Source of the DNA: an uncultured delta proteobacterium
GTDB lineage: Bacteria; Myxococcota; Myxococcia; Myxococcales; Anaeromyxobacteraceae
Direction of reading: 5' to 3'
Length of the DNA stretch: 64,000 nucleotides
Assembly (NCBI GenBank): GCA_963814585.1
Contig: CAWFDF010000004.1
Location: 32,001-96,000, forward strand
Positions 9,197-19,558 of the stretch are shown piece by piece. The notes under the pieces are model-generated. The model did no database searches, was not told the origin of the DNA, and worked only from the letters and a program-made list of their open reading frames with translations. Numbering within the stretch: the first letter of the stretch is position 1; every line of letters starts with the position of its first letter. The position numbers and the translations under genes were made by a program.

Positions 9197-9865
9197 CTAG
9201 CTCCCGTCGCCCACGCGGATCCCGAGGTGGTTCGCGAGCAGCGGTCCCAGGTCCATGAGCTGGGCTGGCGAGATGGTCGCGCCCCGGAGGCCGGCGATCC
9301 CGCGGATCGTGCGCAGGGTGGTCCCGGTGAGGTCCACGTCCATGAGCTGTGCACCTTCCACGTCCAGCACCCCGATCCGGCAACCCGCGAATGTGACGTT
9401 CCTGAGGCGCGCGTCACCCAGGTCCAGCTCCTCGATCACGCAGTCCTCGAAGGCGACGTCGTCGACACGCCCACCGGCCAGGGCGAGGAAGTCCAGCTTG
9501 CTCCCCCGCACGCGGACCGACGACCAGGTGGCGCGAACGGCGGTGAGGGCTCCAATCCGCACGTCGGAGACGATGCTGTCCCGCCACGTGGAGTCCGAGG
9601 CGTCGAGGCCGGTGGCGCCGATCTCCGTGAGCAGGCACTCCGAGATCCGGCCTTTGACCAGCGTCACGTCGTCCATGCGGCAGCGCTCGAACCTGCAGGC
9701 GAGGAAGGACGAGCTCGACACGTCGGAGCCGGCGAGGTCCCGGTCCAGCAGGTGGAGCGCCTCGTACTCCTCGCGCGGCTCCAGCGTGACGCCCTCGGAG
9801 CCGGCCAGCTCCGGCAGCTGGATCGCGTGCGGAGGTCCTGGTCGCCGCTTTGCCGTCCGCGTCAT
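9197..9865 (-). CDS. Pentapeptide repeat protein
   Basis: Five-residue repeats, C-terminal VDLTG...GLRGATISPAQL; GGAGGG RBS before ATG 9865. Confidence 0.85.
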   Translation of the reverse strand: MTRTAKRRPGPPHAIQLPELAGSEGVTLEPREEYEALHLLDRDLAGSDVSSSSFLACRFERCRMDDVTLVKGRISECLLTEIGATGLDASDSTWRDSIVSDVRIGALTAVRATWSSVRVRGSKLDFLALAGGRVDDVAFEDCVIEELDLGDARLRNVTFAGCRIGVLDVEGAQLMDVDLTGTTLRTIRGIAGLRGATISPAQLMDLGPLLANHLGIRVGDGS

Positions 9866-9950
9866 CGTCCCTCCGCCGCCGTGGGCCGGCCGGCGCCGTC
9901 CCTCGCTCTGAATCGTAGTCGAGACCGGGTGGCGTGCTAGCCTCCCGCCG

Positions 9951-10394
9951 ATGGCCGCACAGCACGCCGGCGCCGGTGGACGCCCCACTCCCGACGGCAT
10001 GCCCGACACGTTCCCGGCTCCGCCCGTGATCGCCGAGACCGGCGATCCGTTCGGGGCGCTGCGCATTGTGGACGCCGTTGCGCGCATGGAGCGCGGTCGC
10101 CCCGTCCGGGTTGACGACCTTGTCGACCGGCTCAACGCCACCTATCTCGACTGGCTGTTCACCCGCGCCGTCGTTGTCGACGTGCTCGTCACGCTCCAGG
10201 CCAACTGGATGGCCGACTACCGGAACTCGTCCGGGATCGTGCTGGAGGACGGCGAGCGCGGCCCGGAGGTCACGCTCGAGGACTCCTCACGCGTCGACCC
10301 GTGGATCGCCGGGCAGGCACAGCGTGCGGCCGCCGCCTGCCGCCACGCGCTCGACGAGTTCGCCCGCCGCGACCGCCCGAACGGCGGCGGCTGA
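9951..10394 (+). CDS. Hypothetical protein, probably leaderless
   Basis: Extended -10 TGcTAGCCT ends 7 nt before the ATG; coding-like bias. Confidence 0.7.
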   Translation: MAAQHAGAGGRPTPDGMPDTFPAPPVIAETGDPFGALRIVDAVARMERGRPVRVDDLVDRLNATYLDWLFTRAVVVDVLVTLQANWMADYRNSSGIVLEDGERGPEVTLEDSSRVDPWIAGQAQRAAAACRHALDEFARRDRPNGGG

Positions 10395-10400
10395 GCCGAC

Positions 10401-11045
10401 ATGGCGGGCCGCGCCGCGGAGCCCGAGGTCGCGCTGTACGCGCCGGTCAAGGCGCTCCTCGAGGCGCAGGGCTACGAGGTCAAGGGCGAGATCACCGGCT
10501 GCGATCTCGTCGGCGTGCGCGGCGACGAGCCGCCCGTGATCGTGGAGCTCAAGCGGACGTTCGGGCTGGGCCTCATCTACCAGGCGATCGACCGGCTCGC
10601 CATGACCGACGCGGTGTACGTGGCGGTGGGAGCCTGGCCCGCGCGGGAGGCGGAGGCCCGGCGCCTGTGCCGCCGCCTCGGCCTGGGTCTCATCGTGGTA
10701 ACAGGGCAGCATGCTGACGTGATAGTGGACCCGCTGCCGTACCAGCCGCGGCGGGACCGGAAGCGGACGACCCGGCTATTGGGCGAGCACCGGCGGCGGG
10801 TTGGCGACCCCACCACCGGCGGGTCCACCCGACAGCCGATCATGACCGCCTACCGCCAGGCGTCGATCCGGATCGCCCGGGTGCTGGCGGACGCCGGTCC
10901 GTCACGGGTCCGCGACGTGCGGACCGCCGCGGAGGCGCCCAACGCCGGCCCCATCCTGCGCGACGACGTCTACGGCTGGTTCGAGCGTGTTGATCGCGGC
11001 GTCTACCAGCTCACCCCGAAGGGCCGGGCTGCGCTGGAGGAGTGA
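10401..11045 (+). CDS. DUF2161 family putative PD-(D/E)xK nuclease-fold protein
   Basis: LYAPVK..L..QGYEVKGE, CDLV, IVELK, YQAIDR, MTAYRQ, YGWFERV. Confidence 0.85.
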   Translation: MAGRAAEPEVALYAPVKALLEAQGYEVKGEITGCDLVGVRGDEPPVIVELKRTFGLGLIYQAIDRLAMTDAVYVAVGAWPAREAEARRLCRRLGLGLIVVTGQHADVIVDPLPYQPRRDRKRTTRLLGEHRRRVGDPTTGGSTRQPIMTAYRQASIRIARVLADAGPSRVRDVRTAAEAPNAGPILRDDVYGWFERVDRGVYQLTPKGRAALEE

Positions 11046-11070
11046 GGCGGGAGGCGCTGGGCGGGTGGCT

Positions 11071-13218
11071 TCAGCTGCCCACGGCGGCGAGCGTCCCGGC
11101 GAACGGCCCGACGGGCGCGGACCCGTCCAACGGCACCAGGGTGACACGGCTGTCGTCGCCCTCAATCGCCGCTGCCCAGCCCGTGATCCCCGTGATCGCG
11201 AAGGAGGCGCCCAGCAGCCCGTCTGCGGGGACGGCGCCGATCGTGCGCACCATGAGCGCCGCGCCACCCTCGTCGTGGACCTCCTTCAGGACGCCGTCGT
11301 CGAGGACGAGCAGTGCCGAGCCGTCGGGCAGCCACGCGGTGGCCTGCTCCAGGAACGGGTACGGGAGCCGCGAGCCGCCGGGCCGGCGCCACTCGGCAGG
11401 GCACGTATCGAACCCGCAGTGCACGACGACCTCGCCATCGGCGCCTGCCCACCGCTCCGCCCCGAGGTCCAGGTAGGGCGGCGCACCTGCGTCGCGCTCC
11501 ACCATCGTCCCGTCCCAGCGGATCGTCATCGAGACCGGGTCCACGTCCTTCGAGGCGAGGATGCCGGAGCCGTCCCCATCGACGATGTAGTGCCCCGGGA
11601 ACCACGGCCAGGGCGGCGCGTCGGGGAGGACCAGGTCCACCGGCGTGCCCAGCCCGTGGTCCGGGATCCGGCGGGCCACCTCGGACCAGCCACCGTCCAG
11701 TCGCGCCTGGACCGTGAAGAGCAGGGTCCCATCCGAGAGCCAGACCGGCGCGGAGCCCATGATCGGCCGCGACACGCCGCCGTTGCCGAACGGGTCCATC
11801 GTCACGATCGCGTTGTCGTCAGTGTCGCGGTCCTCGATCGAGACGATCTCGAAGGCCACCCAGCCATCGGCCGAAATCCGGACCTGGGCTGGGTCGCCGG
11901 GCTCCCAGCCGTCCGGGACCGGCAGGTCAAAGCGCTCGGTGGCGACCGGCTTGCCCTCGCGCGCCACCGTGAGCGCGAGGATCCACGCGCCCGACGCCTC
12001 CTCCTCGATGGCGGCGATGGTCATGGCGCCGGGCTGGGCCATGAGAGCAGGCGACACCTGGTCATCGGCGAAGGTCTCGCGCGGCGAGGGCTCGCTCACG
12101 GAGGGCGCGGGGCGTGACGGCGGCGTCGGTGAGGGCTGCGATGACGGGGTCTCCCTGGCGGGCAGGTCCACCCGGACGATGTCCTCGGCCCGGTACTGGC
12201 CGATGACGGTGGGGTTGACGCCCCAGCCGGCGTGCGTGCACAGGGCGAGCCTGGGGCACGCGTCGGCGACTGGCTCGAAGCGGACGAGGAACGGACCCTC
12301 GGCCACGCCGGAGTCGTCGAGCTCGGGGCCAGCCCCGACAATCGTCACGGGCCCCTCGCCCCCTTGGCCCAGCTGGCGGGGCCGCACGTCGGCGAGGCGA
12401 TCGTCCGAACGGACGCAGCTCGCGGTGGGTGGACAGCCGATGAAGTAGCCGCTGACGGGCAGGATGTCGAACCAGCTGGACCCGTTGGGGTAGCCGCGCC
12501 GGTCCACGAGCGCCTCCTGCACGGTGACCGGGTTGCCCAGGACGCCCGCCAGGTAGCCGAGAAGCTCCAGTCGGCCATCGGCAGGGCGGACCAGGAACGG
12601 GCCGTCCCACCAGTCGTAGACGCCTGGAGCCGGGGTGCTCGTAGGGGACACGAGGGCCGACTCGACCGGCCCGTTCCAGTCGACTGGGATCCCCGGGAGG
12701 CCGGTGAACGAGTAGGGAGGTGGACACCGGTCGACCGCGCAGACGGCTCCCGGCTCGAGACTGCCATTCACGAGGACGATTTGCCCGTCCAGGGAGCCGT
12801 CGGCCACGGCCAGCGCGAACGCGGTTTCCTCCAGTCGCTCGACGGTCTCGCCCAGCTCTGCCTCCAGCGATGCCGACGGGCCAGGGGAGCCCGACGGACC
12901 CGCTGGCACGGACGTCGCGCTCGGGTCCTCGGTCGGGCGCCCGCTCAGGACCGCGATCACCAGCACGGCGGCCGCGACCGCAACGCCCCAGCCGGCCCAC
13001 CCGCTCATCGCGCCCGCCCGGTCGCCGATGGGCAGGAAGCCCAGGATCCCGCCCGACCGGCGCGCACCGAGCTCGCCGTGGACGCGGCCCATGACGTACG
13101 TACTCGCGTCCGGGGCCAGCCGGTCCGCGCGCGCGCGAAGCATCGTCTCGACGGCGTCGTCGGTCACGCCGAAGCGCCCGCCGTCGATTGTCGCCGGCCG
13201 GTCCTCGGGCGTCGTCAT
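11071..13218 (-). CDS. Putative anti-sigma factor: one TM helix and a large extracytoplasmic region
   Basis: ATGA-coupled to the ECF sigma; short cytoplasmic N-terminus, TM WGVAVAAAVLVIAVL, Cys-loop repeats. Confidence 0.7.
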   Translation of the reverse strand: MTTPEDRPATIDGGRFGVTDDAVETMLRARADRLAPDASTYVMGRVHGELGARRSGGILGFLPIGDRAGAMSGWAGWGVAVAAAVLVIAVLSGRPTEDPSATSVPAGPSGSPGPSASLEAELGETVERLEETAFALAVADGSLDGQIVLVNGSLEPGAVCAVDRCPPPYSFTGLPGIPVDWNGPVESALVSPTSTPAPGVYDWWDGPFLVRPADGRLELLGYLAGVLGNPVTVQEALVDRRGYPNGSSWFDILPVSGYFIGCPPTASCVRSDDRLADVRPRQLGQGGEGPVTIVGAGPELDDSGVAEGPFLVRFEPVADACPRLALCTHAGWGVNPTVIGQYRAEDIVRVDLPARETPSSQPSPTPPSRPAPSVSEPSPRETFADDQVSPALMAQPGAMTIAAIEEEASGAWILALTVAREGKPVATERFDLPVPDGWEPGDPAQVRISADGWVAFEIVSIEDRDTDDNAIVTMDPFGNGGVSRPIMGSAPVWLSDGTLLFTVQARLDGGWSEVARRIPDHGLGTPVDLVLPDAPPWPWFPGHYIVDGDGSGILASKDVDPVSMTIRWDGTMVERDAGAPPYLDLGAERWAGADGEVVVHCGFDTCPAEWRRPGGSRLPYPFLEQATAWLPDGSALLVLDDGVLKEVHDEGGAALMVRTIGAVPADGLLGASFAITGITGWAAAIEGDDSRVTLVPLDGSAPVGPFAGTLAAVGS

Positions 13219-13772
13219 CGGCCGCCCTCCCGCTCCAGTGCCCGGTCGAGCGTGCGACGCGCGGCGAACAGGCGGGACTTGGCCGTCCCCACCGGCACCT
13301 TGAGCACGGCGGCGATCTCGGCCAGCGGGCGCCCGTCGAGGTGGTGGAGGACCAGGATCGTCCGCTCGTCGATGGTCAGGCGCCCGAACGCGCGCTCGAG
13401 GGCATCGCGCTGCCCGATGCCGGTCACGCGCGCATCGACCGACGACGGCTCGAGGGCGGAGGCGGCGACCTCGTCGGCGGGGATCTCGCGCACCCGCTGG
13501 CGGACGACGCCACGGAGGCCGCGCTTGCAGCGGTTGACGAGGATCCGGGTCAGCCACGCGTCGAAGGCGGCCAGGTCGCGCAGGGAGGCGAGCTCGCGCC
13601 AGGCGATGACGAGCACGTCCTGGACGGCGTCGAGCGCCTCGTCCTCCCGGCCCAGGATCGCCATGGCGGTGCGCGTCATCGGTCCGACCCGAGCCTCCAC
13701 GAGGGCTTCGAATGCGGCGGCGTCACCCTTCCGGGCCCGTCCGATCAGATCCGGGTCCACTGGCGCCGCCAT
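13215..13772 (-). CDS. ECF RNA polymerase sigma factor
   Basis: GDAAAFEAL, DAVQD, FDAWLTRILVNRC, EIAAVLKVPVGTAKSRL. Confidence 0.95.
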   Translation of the reverse strand: MAAPVDPDLIGRARKGDAAAFEALVEARVGPMTRTAMAILGREDEALDAVQDVLVIAWRELASLRDLAAFDAWLTRILVNRCKRGLRGVVRQRVREIPADEVAASALEPSSVDARVTGIGQRDALERAFGRLTIDERTILVLHHLDGRPLAEIAAVLKVPVGTAKSRLFAARRTLDRALEREGGR

Positions 13773-13794
13773 CAGCCCTCCTGTCTCGAAGGAG

Positions 13795-13998
13795 TCACGC
13801 GGGATCGTCGGGGTTCACGCGGACCTGCCACAGCATCCCCGGGTTGGGGAGGAGGCGGGCGGGATCGACCAGGGTCACTTCGGCCCCGCCGGGCACGGAG
13901 GGCGCGTCGTCGCCGTGCGCACGGAGGATCGCGCGCATTGCCGGGATGTCGCCGGCGGTCGCCGGGCGCGTGGTCCGCGGAGGTGCGGGATGGGGCAT
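13795..13998 (-). pseudogene. Short GNAT-like remnant, possibly internally deleted
   Basis: RPATAGDIPAMRAIL resembles a GNAT N-terminus but the ORF is only 67 aa. Confidence 0.35.
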
Positions 13999-14018
13999 GG
14001 TGCAGACCCGGGCTCGGC

Positions 14019-15200
14019 CTACGCCCTGGGCCGCCCCGGCCGCCCGTACTTCGCCATGACCGTGAGCAGGCGATCGTGGTCCAGTCCGTACGCCGTGATC
14101 CCGTCGCGACCGACCATCGTCCTGCCCGCGAGCAGCGCGTTGACGACTGCGGCCTCCACGGCCTCCACGGTCGCCTGGAACAACGGCGAGAGCGCCTTGT
14201 CGACCACCATCCGGGTCTCGATCGTCTGCCGTCCGTCCTGCTCGCTGGCCGACACGCCGAGCCCGCGGTTGCCCGTGGCGAAGGCGATGAAGATGTCGCC
14301 CGAGCCGTTTGACGCGATGCTCCCCATGCGCGCAAGCCCGAGGCCCGCCCGCTGCGCGATCCGCTCGCACTGGTGGGGCAGGAGCGGGGCGTCCGTGGCG
14401 ACCACCACGATGATCGAGCCGCCCCCGGGCCCCATGCGGCCGGACATCGACGGGGCGGCGTCGGTTGCGCCGGGGCCGTCGATCTCGACCTCCTGGTCCC
14501 AGGGGCTGGGAACCTCGCTGGTCGGGATCTCGAGACCGACAGGGACGCCATCGATCCGGAGGAGGTTGCGGGACCCGTAGTTGGCCTGCACCAGCGCGCC
14601 TACGATCCAGCCCCCGTCAGGGTCCGACAGGCGGCGCGACGCGGTGCCGATGCCGCCCTTGAACTCGTGGCAGATCATCCCGGTGCCGCCGCCGACGCCG
14701 CCTTCCGCGACCGGACCACGAGCGGCGGCAGCGAGAGCGGCGTCGACGTGGGCCGCCGTCACGTGGAAACCGTTCATATCGTTGAGGGCGCCGTCGTAGG
14801 TCTCGCCCACGACCGGCAGCGACCAGAACGTGCCCCTCCCGGCATGCGCATGCGCCGCGTGCGCGACCAGTGCGTCACGGACGACGCCGACGCTGTGCGT
14901 GTTGGTGATCCCGATCACGCCGCCGAGGAGGCCCGATTCGCGGACCCACTCGAGGCCGGTCAGCTCCCCGTTGCCGTTGAGGCGGTGGCAGCCCGCGAAC
15001 ACCGGCTCCGTGAACACCTGATCCTCGTGCGGGACCACGATCGTGACGCCGGTGCGCACCGGCCCCTGCCCGACGACGAGCGGGCCATCGCCCTCGATGA
15101 GCGTGGTGTGGCCGACGAGGACACCGGGCACGTCCGTGATGGCGTCGTGCTCACCTGGATCGAGCAGGCCGATGCGCAGGCCGAGCTCTCGAGCGCGCAC
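14019..15200 (-). CDS. P1/DmpA family (S58) aminopeptidase
   Basis: AITDVPGVLVGH, RTGVT, NGNGELTG, GGGTGM, G/SII autocleavage site, NGSGD; GGGAGG RBS. Confidence 0.92.
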   Translation of the reverse strand: MRARELGLRIGLLDPGEHDAITDVPGVLVGHTTLIEGDGPLVVGQGPVRTGVTIVVPHEDQVFTEPVFAGCHRLNGNGELTGLEWVRESGLLGGVIGITNTHSVGVVRDALVAHAAHAHAGRGTFWSLPVVGETYDGALNDMNGFHVTAAHVDAALAAAARGPVAEGGVGGGTGMICHEFKGGIGTASRRLSDPDGGWIVGALVQANYGSRNLLRIDGVPVGLEIPTSEVPSPWDQEVEIDGPGATDAAPSMSGRMGPGGGSIIVVVATDAPLLPHQCERIAQRAGLGLARMGSIASNGSGDIFIAFATGNRGLGVSASEQDGRQTIETRMVVDKALSPLFQATVEAVEAAVVNALLAGRTMVGRDGITAYGLDHDRLLTVMAKYGRPGRPRA

Positions 15201-15259
15201 GCAACACCTCCCTCGCGACTTCACCGGCCGCATCGGTGCGGCACGCCTATCATCGCCGG

Positions 15260-16804
15260 GTGCCCCCGACTCCGAATGCCAATCTCGCCGCCCGATCGCC
15301 GGCCTCATCGGCCCGCGCATCGGTCGCACCGCGCCTGCTGCGTCTGCCCGCGCTCGATGCGATTGCGCCGATGGACGTCGCGGAAGCATTCCGCGACCTT
15401 CCGGGTCTCGCGCTGCTCGAGAGTGCGCGCCCCGGCAGGACCGGTCGCTGGAGCTACCTGACGGCCGATCCCGTCGCTGTGCTCGATGCCCCGGCGGAGG
15501 GTCCCGACCCGTTCGCAGAGGCCCGTGCGCTGCTCGCCCGCCTCGATGGTGCCCCGGCGGCGGCGGTCGGCACGCTCGCCGGCGAGAAGCGGCCTGCGCC
15601 GCCCTTTGCCGGCGGCCTTGTCGGCTATCTCGCCTACGACCTTGGCCGCCGCCTCGAGCGGCTCCCATCGACCACGGTGGTCGACCAGCACCTGCCGGTG
15701 CTCCGACTGGCCCTCCACGACTGGGCCATCGCCTGGGACCGCCGTACGGGCACGGCGTGGCTGGCGTGGCGAGCAGTCGATGGCAGGAGCGCGGCGGCCG
15801 AGCGCCGCTCCCGCGACGTTCTCGCCAGAGTCGAGGCGCTTGCTCGCGGTGAGCTGCCTGGGGCGGGCGGCGCGTCCGCTTCCCGCGCCGCGTCCGGTTC
15901 CGGCGCCGCGTCCGGGTCCGGCGCCGCTGGTACCGCGGACGCCCCCGTCGCGTTCACCTCCGGCACCACCCGGGAGCGCTGGGTCGCGGGCGTCGAGGCG
16001 GTTCGTGCGTCCATCGGTCGCGGCGAAATCTACCAGGCCAACCTGACGAGGCGGCTGGCCGCCCCGTTCTCAGGGGATCCGTGGCCGCTGTTCCGCCACC
16101 TGCGGACGGGTGATCCGGCCCTGTTCGCCGGGTACCTCGACATTGGGCCATCGCCGGCGACCGGGACCCAGCGCGCGCTGCTCTCTGCGTCACCCGAGCC
16201 GTTCCTGTCCGTGGATGGCGAGGGCAACGTGGCCACCGACCCGATCAAGGGCACGCGGCCACGAGGGCGGTCACGGGACGAGGATCGCTCGCTGGCGCGG
16301 GAGCTGCTGGCGAGCCGCAAGGACCACGCGGAGAACGTGATGATCGTTGACGTTCTCCGAAACGATCTTGGCCGGGTCTGTGAGCCGGGCTCGGTGCGAG
16401 TGCCGCGGCTCCTCCGGCTGGAGCGCACGGCCGCGGTCCAGCACCTCGTCACCACGGTGACCGGCCGGCTCAGGCCGGACGCCGATGCCTTCGACCTGCT
16501 TGCAGCCTCGTTCCCGGGCGGCTCCATCACGGGCGCGCCCAAGATCCGCGCGATGGAGATCATCGAGGGCCTTGAGCCGGTCCGCCGCGGCCCGTATTGC
16601 GGTGCGATGGTGTGGCTGGGACCGGACGGACGTCTTGGCTCATCGATCCTCATCCGGACCTTCGTTGCGGATGGGGAGCACCTCACGCTCCACGTTGGCG
16701 GTGGCATCACGTGGCGCAGCGATCCCGTCGAGGAGTGGGACGAGACGGTCGCGAAGGCGCGTGGGCCGCTCTCGTCCATTGGCGCCACGGAGGTGGAGAC
16801 ATGA
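15260..16804 (+). CDS. pabB: Aminodeoxychorismate synthase component I (chorismate-binding)
   Basis: LLES, GEIYQANL, SASPE, PIKGTRPR, ENVMIVDVLRNDLG, GSITGAPKIRAM; followed by a class IV aminotransferase. Confidence 0.85.
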   Translation: MPPTPNANLAARSPASSARASVAPRLLRLPALDAIAPMDVAEAFRDLPGLALLESARPGRTGRWSYLTADPVAVLDAPAEGPDPFAEARALLARLDGAPAAAVGTLAGEKRPAPPFAGGLVGYLAYDLGRRLERLPSTTVVDQHLPVLRLALHDWAIAWDRRTGTAWLAWRAVDGRSAAAERRSRDVLARVEALARGELPGAGGASASRAASGSGAASGSGAAGTADAPVAFTSGTTRERWVAGVEAVRASIGRGEIYQANLTRRLAAPFSGDPWPLFRHLRTGDPALFAGYLDIGPSPATGTQRALLSASPEPFLSVDGEGNVATDPIKGTRPRGRSRDEDRSLARELLASRKDHAENVMIVDVLRNDLGRVCEPGSVRVPRLLRLERTAAVQHLVTTVTGRLRPDADAFDLLAASFPGGSITGAPKIRAMEIIEGLEPVRRGPYCGAMVWLGPDGRLGSSILIRTFVADGEHLTLHVGGGITWRSDPVEEWDETVAKARGPLSSIGATEVET

Positions 16805-17709
16805 CACCGGCCGGTCCGTCGTTCGTGTGGGTGGACGGATCCGTCCGTCCGGCCGAGGGACCGCACCTGTCCGTGTTCGATCGCGGCTTCCAGCTCGGTG
16901 ACGGGGTGTTCGAGACGCTCCGGGCCCGCGGCGGACACGTGACCGAGCTGGTCGAGCACACGGCGCGCCTGCGACGCTCCGCCGCCGGGCTGGCGATCGA
17001 GCTGCCGGCAGACGTCGGGTCGGTCGTCGCCGCAGGGATCGCCGATCTCCTCGCCGCAGAGGGGCTGGACGGGGCAGACGCCGATGCATCGGTGCGGATC
17101 ACCGTGTCGCGGGGCCCTTGGACGTCCCGTGGCCTGCTGCCACCCGCGTCGGTGCACCTGGTCCCGACCATCGTGATCCAGGCCTGGCCCGTGGCCCCGG
17201 CCCCGGCGGACCACCTTGAGCGCGGGCTGTCGCTGGTGGCGTCGGCAATCCGCAGGGATCCGTCCAACCCCATCGTGACCCTCAAGACCACGTCCCGGGC
17301 GGATTACGTCTACGCCCGGCTCGAAGCGCGCCGGGCGGGCGCTGAGGACGCGGTGTTCCTGACCATGTCCGGCCACCTGTCCGAAGGCACGACCGCGAAC
17401 ATCTTCCTCGTCCGACGCGCGCCCGATGGCGTCGTGGAGCTGGCGACGCCGGCTCTCGACTGCGCCATCCTGGCGGGCACGACCCGCTCATGGCTGCTGC
17501 GCTGGGCTGCCGCCGTCGGACTCCGCCCCGTCGAAGGCTGGCTGACCCCCGACGAGCTGGCTGCCGCAACCGAGGCGTTCATGTCGTCGTCGGTCGCCGG
17601 GGTTCTCCCGGTCACCCGGTTCAACGGCCACCCGATCGGCAGCGGCGTGCCCGGCCCGTGGACGCTGCGGGCGCGCGCCGACCGCGAGGCGTTCTTCGGC
17701 GAGGGTTGA
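16801..17709 (+). CDS. Aminotransferase class IV, probable aminodeoxychorismate lyase (PabC-like)
   Basis: DRGFQLGDGVFET, LKTTSR, EGTTANIF, ILAGTTR; ATGA overlap with pabB. Confidence 0.85.
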   Translation: MTPAGPSFVWVDGSVRPAEGPHLSVFDRGFQLGDGVFETLRARGGHVTELVEHTARLRRSAAGLAIELPADVGSVVAAGIADLLAAEGLDGADADASVRITVSRGPWTSRGLLPPASVHLVPTIVIQAWPVAPAPADHLERGLSLVASAIRRDPSNPIVTLKTTSRADYVYARLEARRAGAEDAVFLTMSGHLSEGTTANIFLVRRAPDGVVELATPALDCAILAGTTRSWLLRWAAAVGLRPVEGWLTPDELAAATEAFMSSSVAGVLPVTRFNGHPIGSGVPGPWTLRARADREAFFGEG

Positions 17710-17775
17710 CGTCCGGGCGCACGGCGCGTCGAGCGGGGCGCATGATTGCGGCAATCGGGCATCGGAGGAGACCCC

Positions 17776-18201
17776 ATGCGACGACTTGCCCTCGCGGCCG
17801 CGGCGGCCGTGTGGACCGCCGCCTGTTCGAGTGTGCTGGTCCCGTGGCCGTCGCCCAGCGACCTGCACGTTGTCAACGAGACAACCAGGGCCATGACGAT
17901 CCTGGTGAATGGAGCGTTGGCGACGACCGTGCCCCCGCAGGAGTCGGCCACGCTCCCGGCGGCGAGCCTGCCCGCGGCCGGCTATCGGGTAGAGGCGCGG
18001 TTGCCGGGCGGCAGGGTCGTGCTCGGAACGCGGGTGGATCGGGCGAGCTTGACCGACATGCCCGAGGTTGGCGGCAACGCGATCGTCTCGGGCTCAGACA
18101 TCTGGGCCGATCTCTCCTGCGGACGGATCGGCATCTGGGTCGGAACTCAGGCCGACAAGCCACCGGCTGGCTCCGGGACTCCTGGCGACTGCGAGGGCTG
18201 A
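17776..18201 (+). CDS. Hypothetical lipoprotein
   Basis: GGAGGAG RBS, lipobox TAAC. Confidence 0.7.
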   Translation: MRRLALAAAAAVWTAACSSVLVPWPSPSDLHVVNETTRAMTILVNGALATTVPPQESATLPAASLPAAGYRVEARLPGGRVVLGTRVDRASLTDMPEVGGNAIVSGSDIWADLSCGRIGIWVGTQADKPPAGSGTPGDCEG

Positions 18202-18277
18202 GCCCGGCCCAACGGGCGGTAACGCCGGAGGTGTCGGAAGCCGTCCGTTCGCTGGAAGGCCGATAGACTGAGCGCCG

Positions 18278-18884
18278 ATGACCCGCGTCGAGCTGATCCT
18301 CCGCACCCGCCAGCTCATCGCCGAGGGCGAGCGGCTTGACGCCGCCCCGTCCCTCACCGCGCTCCAGACCTGGCTCCAGCTCTCGGACGACCTGCTCGCC
18401 ACGGCGTGGGGAACGATGGACAGGTACCACCTCGCGTGGCTGATGGTCGGCAAGCCCAAGGGGATCGTCCGGGGCCGCGAGATGACACCCCGAGGAGGAG
18501 GCGGCCTACGTCCGCGAGGTTGCCAGCCAGAAGAACGCGGCGCTCCGGATGAGCCTGGACGCCGTCGAACGGCAGGGGATGCCGTTCCGCGGCGAGACCG
18601 GCGGGTTGGGTCCCGGGCAGGGCATGGGCGAGATGCCGGCCAACGGTTCGCGACCGGGATCGACCGAAGACGACGCCCCCGCTGCGCCGCACCCGGCCGC
18701 CGAGCCGGGACCCTCGAACGAGGCCGTAGCGATGCGCCACGCGCATCTGGCGCAGGGGTCCCGGAGGTCCATCCCGCTCGATCCCGAGCTGCAGGCCCGC
18801 TTGGACGAGGCGCGACGGGCGGCGGGCGACCACGCCGGGCACGACGAGCGGCGCGCCCCGCGTCCCGAACGCCTCCAGCGCTGA
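18278..18884 (+). CDS. Hypothetical protein with one indel near 18490
   Basis: Removing one C from the C run at 18488-18491 joins MTRVEL...REMTP to EEEAAYVREV...MSLDAV; TAGACT -10 upstream. Confidence 0.65.
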
Positions 18885-18930
18885 CGACGACCCGGAGAGG
18901 CGCCGGCGGGACCCGGGCCTCGTCACCGGC

Positions 18931-19511
18931 TCAGCGCACCCGCACCGCCGCCACGGCCCCGGCGAGCACGATCGAGAGAAGCGCCACCGGCCCGTACCGC
19001 TCGCCCACGTAGTCGGGCAGGCTCAGCACCCCGCCCTGGACCAGCGCGTAGGCCCACTCCAGGACGATCCCGCCCGCGACCGCCCAGCCTCCCAGGAGTG
19101 CCGCAACCGCGATGCGTGCGGTGCGCCCTGCACGCCACCCTCGCGGCCCCGCCAGACCAGCGCCAGCGCCGTCGCCCAGCCCAGGAACGCCGCCACGGCC
19201 ACCAGACCCAGGCCGATATCGATCATGCCCAGCGCGAAGACGACCAGCGCCCCCACCGTCGAAACGACGACCGCGAGCAGGAGCACCGCGGCGCGCGATC
19301 CGCGCGTCGGCGCGGGTGCAGGTCCCAGATCGGGCGAACCCCCCGATCGCGCGGATCCCGTCGGACCCTGCCGGCTCGAGCCGGGACCGGGGCCGGATCC
19401 GGCACGCTGGCCGGCTGTGCCATACCGCTCACCAGGAGCGCGCTCGAGGCGGCGGACCTCTCCACCGGGAGCCGGTGACGGCGCGGACGGGGGCGTGTCG
19501 GGTTCAGTCAT
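18931..19511 (-). CDS. Hypothetical membrane protein with a frameshift near 19120
   Basis: Hydrophobic helices continue across a frame change; TAGCAT -10 lies 7 nt upstream of the ATG. Confidence 0.6.
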
Positions 19512-19558
19512 CCCGCCCATGCTACGCGTCGCCCCGTCATCGGGGTATCCTCCCGTTC

